Source: Vicugna vicugna (Eukaryota). From it: a DNA stretch of 60,890 nt. Positions within the stretch are counted from its first letter, which is position 1, and every line of letters starts with the position of its first letter. The stretch is from positions 726,056-786,945 of the forward strand of contig MU058669.1 of assembly GCA_013265495.1 (NCBI GenBank), read 5' to 3'. The position numbers and the translations under genes were made by a program. Shown one piece after another: positions 52,490 through 60,890 of the stretch. The notes under the pieces are model-generated. The model made no database searches. It worked only from the letters and a program-made list of their open reading frames with translations, and was not told where the DNA came from.

Positions 52490-53959
52490 AGGTATGCTTC
52501 TTGCTCATGATACATGAACATAGCAAGTTGATTGAGGGCTGTTTTCACCTCACCCTTCCTTTGGAGCCAGGACTGCCATTTGGAATATCCCCAGTTGTAT
52601 ACTGGCTCCTAAAGTATCTTCCCAGGAGTGACACATACCACTTCTGTTCACATTTTATTGGGCAGATGAAATAAAATGGTGACACCTAGCATCAGTATGG
52701 AAAGCAATGATCAATCATACCCTGTGCGAAAGAGGAAGAGAATTGGGTATATCTGGTGGACAGCGTTCATGGCAACCATGAATTCTCACCCACAACAGTC
52801 TCCTTGGAAGAAGTTTTCATCACAGTTACCACTTTATAGATGAAGAGCTTGAAGCTCAGTGATTGGTCACATATTTCCTAAGTGACAGGATTGGAACTAG
52901 GACCCAACAGCCCTTCCATCCTTTTTTCATCCCTGCTACAATTCTGTAAAATGCTGTTATGTGCCTGACACTGTGCTGGGGATTCAGCAGAGAAGAAACT
53001 CTCTTCCCTGCCTGCATTAGTGCTTCCAGACCACTGCTGTGCCCAGGTCTCCTTCCCGTCCTCCATGCCTTCCTCTCTTCATTCTCTCTGCCTCATGTGC
53101 TGCCTGTTTTTAGAGTTGTCCTCCACTCCTGCACAAGGAAACACATCACAAACAACTGGAGGACAGGGGTAGGCTCTTCAACTTCAATTCCTTGGGAATC
53201 CCTAATGTATTAAGCACTCAACAAATGTTCCTGGAATTAAACACAAAATGGAAAGCAGAATTCACCTTAGATGCCAAACATTTGTTCTCTTTTTATATCC
53301 CCCAACATGTGTTCCCCAAACTCTTGTAGTAATAGTTTTGCCAGTTTATTATAGCAAACATCTATCAGCATATATTTGAAAAAAGATTAAAAAAATCATC
53401 AACAATACACCTCATAAATCACTCTGAAAATTGCCAAAGAAATTTCTTAATCTCTTTTTTCTTCCAAGAGATGTCACATCTTCCAGTGATTTCTACTAAA
53501 TTGACAGTTCTAATTAGCAGCCATGAAAATGCAAGCTTTTAAAGCCATGGCTGATAAGAAAAGAATTTTCCAGAGATGTGATAAAATTTCTTCCCATAAG
53601 GGATGTCTTGTTTCTCACTGGTTGGGTTTAGATGAGAACAGAAAGCCTGTGAGAAAGAAGGTGAAGTTGGGAAAAGATAAATGGGGGAGGACATGTGTCT
53701 TAACTACCTGTCTGGCCTCCAGGGGTTAAGCAGATCACTTGTCATTTACTGCAAGTGTGTTCTTCACCCAGCGGGATTGTCAGGGAAGAGTCTGCACTGT
53801 CTCATAGCTCTGGGTCCTGACATAACCTAGAAGCTGAACGCTGGCCCAGTTTGGGAGCCAATTTGTCTTCGTCTGTAGAGAATTTAAAGAGTCAACGTTG
53901 AATCAGCCCCAATGCTGTCACTCATGACAACAGATATTTATCAGTTACCTTCTGTGTGC

Positions 53960-54520
53960 TGGGCATTGTGCTGGTGAGACTTCTTGGGCTTACCTGGGGA
54001 AGGACAGTCTAAGCTGAGAAATGGTTCACTAGGGAGAGCTGTGTTGCAGAGAAGGTTGTTAAGGGCCCAGAAAATAAGAATCAAAGATGTGGGAGTGAAA
54101 GAGATAATGGGTCCTGCAGGGGAGGAAGGGCAGAGGAATACAGTAGGAACCTTGGCGGGGAGAGTGCAGAGCAATGGGAAATGAGGCTGAGGAGGAGGCC
54201 ATGCAGGGTTCTGGGGTACTGGAGGAAGTCTGGTAGAAAGGCAATGAGGGATAGAAAGCAGGAGGTAACATGAGTCAGTTCACATATTTGGCAAAATCAC
54301 TCTACTATGTATAGTGGAGGATGGATTGGGGATCTTGTAGCAACAAGAATGGAGGTATGGAGATGAAAAAGCAATGTTGCAGGAGCCCAGATCAGAGGTA
54401 ATGAGTGCCTGGACCATGCGGTCACAGCAAGGGTAAAGAAAAAGTGAATAGACTTCCTTAGATTTAGGAGGTAGAATTTCTATTTGAAGATTGATTGGAT
54501 ATAGAAGGTGAAGCAGAGGG
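53960..54520 (-). mobile_element. L2 fragment
   Basis: Purine-rich antisense L2 pattern '...atcactcta..atgtatagtggaggatggattgg...ggaggtagaattt...gattggat'. Confidence 0.5.
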
Positions 54521-55847
54521 CTAATTTTTTGAGGGCTCTATTTTTGAAGTAACTATTTTGTGCCAGACATTCTGCAAGATGTTCATATTTATTCCTCATC
54601 GCATGCTAGGAAGGAAGATTTAGCCCCATTTTATGCATGGGGACACTGAAGCTTGGCAAGGTTAGGTGTCTTCCCATCAACACACAGCTAGTTTTGAGTC
54701 TAGAGTTTATCCTTAAGCCCTAGACTGTACTGTCTCCCTACTTTTACCTCCAGGATTCTGGTTGGAGCATCTCAGAAGAAAATGGAGGCATTTTCTGAAA
54801 TGCAGGGCATTAGGAAAATCAAATATTCTAGTAGGATCTTTCTTGCATTTGCCATTGTTAGAACCAGCTACCACGCTGCCCTGGACAATGACATCTACAA
54901 CCTTGCACTTCTCTCCCTATAGAAATGCCCACTGTTTCCTTTGTCTCATCCTTCTCATCAGGATGGGTGCTCAGCCTGAGTCCCTGTTCCTCAGGCATTA
55001 TTCCTGGAATAGGGAGCTGGAACTGGTCCTTAGCTCCTGTACCCTGGTGCAGATGGGGGCCTCTGTGTACACATTTCCTTTAGCTTCTTAGCAGTTAACA
55101 TTTAAACTAGCATTGAAAATCTTCCTGGGAAAGAGAAATGGGGTAGGACCCAGAGGGGAGAAAGATGCCTGAGATAAAGGAGGGGGAGAGATACCTGGCT
55201 GGTGTATCAGAGCAGTTGACTGGGGAGTAGCTGTGTTAACCACGGACAAGGTACCTACTTCATTTTAAGTCTGTTTCCCCATCTGTATGTAAAACACAAG
55301 AGAGGGGACAATGCTTGCTTGCCTCATGGTTGTTGCACAGATCAAATACAATAGCAGATGACTATACTTTGAAAATCAAAACATTCCTTGCAAATGAGAG
55401 GACACAAAGTTTGGATATCATGAGTCAGAATCAGAGACACAAGTGCTAGAAGGTACCTTGGGGATCATCAAAGTCATCTTGATTATTCTACAGATGAGGA
55501 AAACCAGGCTAAGGCTCAAAGATTAAATGACTTTCCCCAAAGTCACCCTCAAAATTAATCGTGGAGCTAGGTTTAGAAGGCAAATCCCCAGCCCTAAGCT
55601 GAGGGTTCTTTCTACTGTATTGCTTTGAAAGAATAACACAGTAGTTGACCCACTGGGTTTTAAGGTCAGACTGGGGTTTGACCGCTAGCTTTGCCACTTA
55701 CTAATTGTATGATTTTGGCCAATTTATGTAATCTTTTCGAGTCTCACTTTTTCTTTTTATCTGTAAAAATAGAATAGTTGTAATTGCTAAGTCAAAGGAT
55801 TGTTATGAAGATTAAATGAGGTGATGCTTGCAGATACTGGGTAAACA

Positions 55848-55881
55848 GTGATGATGATGATGATGATGATGATGGTGATGA
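55848..55881. repeat. (TGA)n microsatellite at a MIR tail
   Basis: Directly visible, with one TGG interruption. Confidence 0.9.
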
Positions 55882-57582
55882 TTAAGAGTCTGTGTTGCAT
55901 GTTTGCCATATGGTATCACCCCTACCCTCCAACTGAAGGTTAATCTATTCTAAACTTTAGAGTTTTCCAACCCAACCAATATATTCCTGTCGTTAATTTG
56001 GTCTCCTACATGTTTTACTGATAGAATCAGAAGTTCCCTAATGATCTTCAATGCTTGTTCAAGCCCACCCCCAAAGCCTACCCCTAACTGAAGTTATCCA
56101 TCGTAGTTCAAAACGAGGTTATGTGTGTACCTTATTGTAGCCTAATTGAATATTTTTTTTTGCAAATAACTGAGGAAGGTTGGGGATGGGAGATGGAGTT
56201 TGATTGATGGAGGCTAAGAGAGTCCATTCTGTTTTCTCAGGGAAATCCTTAGTCAGAGATGTAAAAGGACTGGAAAACTAAGAGAACACAGGAGGTGTGA
56301 TTTTAGATTTAGATTTTAGATTTTCAGATTTTACTTTAGGGAATTGTACTTTACACCATTCAAGATAATCAGGACGAGCCTCTCAAAGTTAAAGCACCAG
56401 AGAAGAACAAAGATTCTTTGAATCCAGGGAGGTGTCATTAAAATGAGTTCTGGGTTCAGCCACCCCCAGACCCCAGAGGTCATACACAAGGCTAGAGGCT
56501 GAGTCCGTCTCCTTGAACCATGAACCATGAATCACGATCATAATGGGTTTAATCACACCTTAACAAGTTGCAAAAGGCTCTTGCCTCTGCCCAGGTTCTC
56601 TGTTCAACTTCAATCTGTACAACTTTTAATTAAGGCTTCATTTGCTTACTGCTTCCTCTCTTCTCTCATGGAAGCGATTGCAGAGGGGAATAACATACCA
56701 GCATATACACATGCATTTCTTATAAGAAGACATTGAAGTTTGAGGTCAGACTTTTTACAGAAAGAATTGTGCAAATAACCCTTTATATTATATGCCTGTT
56801 CCACTTTACTAAGCACAGTGAGTTCCACTAACTCATAACTCTTGCCACAGCCCGGTGACCAATTTCCTATTCTCTCCTTACTTGATTTCGTGGCAACCTC
56901 TGACATAGGTGTTTATGCCCTCCTCTTTAATATACGCTCCCTTCACTCGGTTTCTAGGACACCAGGCTCTCTGGGGTTTCCTCCTCTCTCACTGGTCGCT
57001 CCTTCTCAGTCTCTTCTGATGGCTCTTCATGACTGACCCTCTAAATGCTCAAAGGTCCAGGGCTTGGAACTCTCCTCTTCACTGTCTAGACTCACCCCCA
57101 CAGTAACCTCATCCAGCGCCATGGCTTTACATGGTGCATGTTCATAATTCCTAAAATGTTGAAGTCCAGTCTGGACCTTCTTTCTCACCCCCCAGGCTCA
57201 TGAGTCTGTTCCATATTTCCTCTTGGATTCTAACAATCATCTCAGACCTACAATGTCCCATACTGAACCCCCGATTTCCCTCCATTCCACATCTGTTCAC
57301 CCACAAATGTTCCCTACCCATCTCAGTAAATGTCATCATTATTCTTTCGGTTACTGAGACCTGATGCATTAAGCACTCCTTCTCCCTCACCCCATCTCTA
57401 GTGCATCAGAAATCCCGTTGGTTCTACCTACAAGGTACATTGTGAGTCAGACACTTCTCATCCACTTCACAACTATCATCCTACCCCAAGCACATTATTT
57501 CTTGCCTAAATGAATACAGTATCCTCCTAAGTGGCCTCCCTTCTTTGAATCTGTAATATGGTATTATTCACGCTGCAGTTTG

Positions 57583-57794
57583 AAGGGTTTCTCAACCCCC
57601 AGACTATTGATACTTTGGGGTCAGATAATTGTTTGTGGTGGGAAGATGTCCTGTCCATTGTAGGGTGTTTAGCAGTGTGCCTGGCTACATTAGACTCCAG
57701 TAGCCCCCTCTCCCAGTTTCACCCACCACAAGTGCCTCCACACCTTGTCAAATGTCTCCTGGGGAGCAAAATCATCCCTGATTGAGAACCATTG
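57583..57794. mobile_element. MER20 hAT-Charlie element
   Basis: 'gtttctcaacc..actattgatactttggggtcagataatt..tgtcctgtccattgtagg.tgtttagcag...ggggagcaaaatcatccctgattgagaaccattg'. Confidence 0.85.
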
Positions 57795-57862
57795 AGTTAG
57801 AGAGAGATCCTTTAAAAATGTAAGTCAGATCAAATCACTTTCCTGCTCAAAAATTCCCAATG

Positions 57863-58030
57863 GTGGTTGCCAGAGGCTGGAGGAGGGGGAAATTAAGAAT
57901 TACTAATCAACTGGCATAAAGTTTCAGTTAAGTAAGATGAATAAGATCTAGAGAGTTACTATACAACATTGTATCTGTAGTGAGCAACAATGCATTGTAC
58001 TTTTAAAAGTTGTTGAGGTTAGATTTTGTG
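57863..58030 (+). mobile_element. L1MB-like 3' terminal fragment
   Basis: 'gtggttgccagaggctgg...aaagtttcagtta..aagatgaataag.tctagaga...caataaaataaa'. Confidence 0.7.
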
Positions 58031-60439
58031 TTCTTATCGCAATAAAATAAATCCAAATTCCTGACAGTGGTTTACAAGGCATGTGCTGTTCCTACCAGAA
58101 ACACTTGTCCCTAGACTTTTTACTTGACTAATATACTCATCCTCCCAGTTCTAGCTTAAAGGCGACTTCCTCTAGGAAGCCTTCCATGGCCTTTCCCTTA
58201 ATCTGGGTTTAGGTCACTGCTCTATGCACCCACAATGTCCTGCTCTTCCTCTGACATAGTGCACCTCACACTGGAGTGTAATTGCCTGGTTACTAGACTG
58301 TGAACTCCTTCAGAGCAGGACTGTGCCTTACTTAGTGCTGCATCCCTCCCTTGTGCATAGCATAGGGTCTGGAACAGTGCACGTAAGTTACAATATGGTG
58401 GCCTGATTGGCGTTGCAGCTGAGCCTGGCTTGCACTACAGATAAGGATATCATATGCACCCTGGTTGAGACCTTGGAAGTAGATACAGCTCTGAGATAGA
58501 TACTATCATGTCTTAGCAATTTTCTTTTCTCTCTCTCTCTCTTTTTTTCAATTTGGTAGTTACACAATTACTATGGTAAAACATTAAGGACAGTCTCTGC
58601 TCTTAGAGGAATCCTTGGTAAGAGAAACCCCTCATTCAACAAATACACTCTGAGCATGTGCCATGAGTTGGACGTTGGGCTGGATGCCAGACATCTGCTG
58701 GTGGGCAGGAAGTTACATACACAGGATTTGTGGATCCTGCATTCCAGCATGGCTGATGGTCATTTAGTGCATAATAATGTAATAAGTTACTTAATTGCTA
58801 CTGTGAACATCAGAGAAAGTGGGGCAGGGAAGGGAAACATGCAGGTGGAACTGCAAATTAGAGGTCCTTAGCTAAAAAGGCAATATATGGTGCCTTTCAG
58901 GAGCCAACAGGAGGCTGGTACAGCTGCAGCACAGAGAGGGAGGGAGAGAGAAGTGCTCTGAATTGAGGCTGGAGAAACAGGTAGGGGCCAGAACAGACTG
59001 GGTCGTTCACCTTCCCTCCACCCTACAATCCCCCAAATTATCTCTAGTGGCTTCACTTTTAGGCTACATATGCCGTATTTATTCCTTCTTGAGAACTGTG
59101 AGCTTTGGCATGCTCCTCACTTGAGCCAACTTTTCATTCCCCCACCACTGACGTCCTATTCATTCTTCAGTGCCAAGCTCAGGCTCCTTCTCCACCATGA
59201 AGAACCAGAACTCAGAGTGACCACTGATAATGAGCAAGAAAGGACACAGATAGGATTGGGAATGGTGAACAATTCAGCTTAAATGCGACAAAAGATGCCT
59301 TTTTATGGAGCTCAGTTCTGCAAATGGCAGATCTTGGGATTTCTAAGTGATTTATAAGGGAGACAATATAGTGGGCAGTTAAGAAGACACTCTTTGAGGA
59401 GCTAGTCAGACCTGATTTAACATCTGGGTTCCCTACTTTATTAGCTGTGTGACCTAGAGAAATCTCTCTCACTTCTTTGAATCAGTTATTTGTTTCTAAA
59501 ACAGGGATAATTATACCTACCTAGATACAGGGTTGTTACAGGTTGACCTAGTATTACTAAGGATTTAAACAGATAATGCATGCAAAGCACTTATAACAGT
59601 GTCATGTGCATGGTAAGTATTAAACAAATGTTATCATTATTACTATTACCATCATCATCCTTCATTCTTTCTTAACTAAATTCTAAACTGCATGTTTATT
59701 AAATGAGATAATGTGTCAATTCTAGAACACAGTATAGTTCATGGTAATTAATCAATAAAGGCAAAGGTCTCCCTTTTCCTCCAATCTCTTTTATAAACAA
59801 GGACCATGTCTCTCAATTCTTCTGCAGGCACTGAGTAAGTCCTCAGTAAATATCCATTGAATATTGGATAGACATTTTTTCTCCCCTGCAGCTATCCAGC
59901 ACTGTGTTAATGTTCATCACTGAGGGCTAATGATATTCATTACTAGAGAATCTGCATTTTTTTTCAAAATTAGGATGGGACTAGGAAGAAAATCTGGTGC
60001 CAAATTTACATAAAATTCCAAAGATAAGGAAGATCTTAATGGTTGGAAAAAAGACTTAAATGGCAACTGTTTTTCTTCTTTCATTCAACTGTTAAGAAAA
60101 CAGCAACAGAATTACAGGGAAATGGACCTAATTTAACTCCAGTTGCCTCCTGGGAGGGTGACCCAAGATGCCTAATGACCAAGAACTGTGGTAATGTGAG
60201 GGGAACTGAGGTAATCCAGGAATCACCAGGTCTTTTCTAATGTTTCATTGCCAAAGAGAAGTAACTCTTCTTGAGCCTTTAAACGTAAGTCAAATCTCCT
60301 TCACTCACTTGATTTCCCTTGAGAGAGATAATCTGGCAAAGGGAAATGCTGTAAAACATGCGCCTTTTGAGATTCTGATGGATCCCTTAATACAGGCATC
60401 CTCTGAGTTGAGACACTGAAACACATGAAAACTGAGATT

Positions 60440-60890
60440 GGTTTTCTTTCTTTTTTAAATTTTTTTAACAGTAGGATAAGTTTGAGATCATGTTATTATC
60501 AGTTTATTAAAAACGGCTATAGGTTAATAGATTTACAAAAAAGGGTAACCACAAGTCAAAAATTTACAAGGGAGTCACAAAAATTAAATAAAATCCATGA
60601 TAATACAAAGGAAAATTACCAAACCACAAAAGGAAGAAGAAAGGAACAAAGAGGATATACCAATTCAACTGCAAAGATAAGTTCAAAATGGCAATAAACA
60701 CACATCTATCATTAATTACTGTAAATGTTAATGGACTAAATGCTCCAGTCAAAAGACATAGAGTGGCAGAGTGGATAATAAAGCAAGAACCTTCAATATG
60801 CTGCATACAAGAGACCCACTTTAGGGAGAAGGACACATATAGATTGAGAGTGAAAGGATGGAAAAGGATATTCCATGCAAATGGAAAAGC
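60440..60890 (+). mobile_element. Young L1: inter-ORF spacer and start of ORF2 endonuclease, running off the window
   Basis: ATG at 60688 opens MAINTHLSLITVNVNGLNAPVKRHRVAEWIIKQEPSICCIQETHFREKDTYRLRVKGWKRIFHANGK with no stop; APE-endonuclease motifs NVNG and QET. 5' boundary approximate. Confidence 0.93.

Larger units (their letters stand above)
56780..58400 (+). mobile_element. L2 LINE (RT region to 3' end) interrupted by MER20 and an L1 3' end
   Basis: 'cttacttgatttcgtggcaacctctgaca...ggtttctaggacacca..ctctctggggtttcctcctctctcactggtcgctccttctcagtctc' corresponds to the decayed L2 RT motif LDLSAAFDT...WFSSYLSGRSFSV. Confidence 0.8.

Overview
Mammalian genomic DNA, very likely camelid given the tRNA-Ala-derived vic-1-type SINEs. 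The window holds the 3' half of the AMPA receptor gene GRIA1 (GluA1) on the minus strand. Five coding exons are present: M3/S2 (39070-39268), S2 (33512-33759), the mutually exclusive 115-nt flop (13382-13496) and flip (12525-12639) exons, and M4 (5786-5920). The M1/M2 exon and the last exon were not found and presumably lie outside the window. The rest is intron rich in MIR, L2, L3/CR1, L1, MaLR/ERV LTR and hAT fragments; repeat family names are from memory of consensus sequences, not a search. Points most worth following up: (1) a set of RNA-pairing elements around the flip/flop cassette that could form a structural switch; (2) a possible relic of the R/G editing hairpin; (3) a cryptic short C-tail read-through after M4; (4) a clear L1 3' transduction bounded by a target-site duplication (TSD). 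The structural interpretations are hypotheses.
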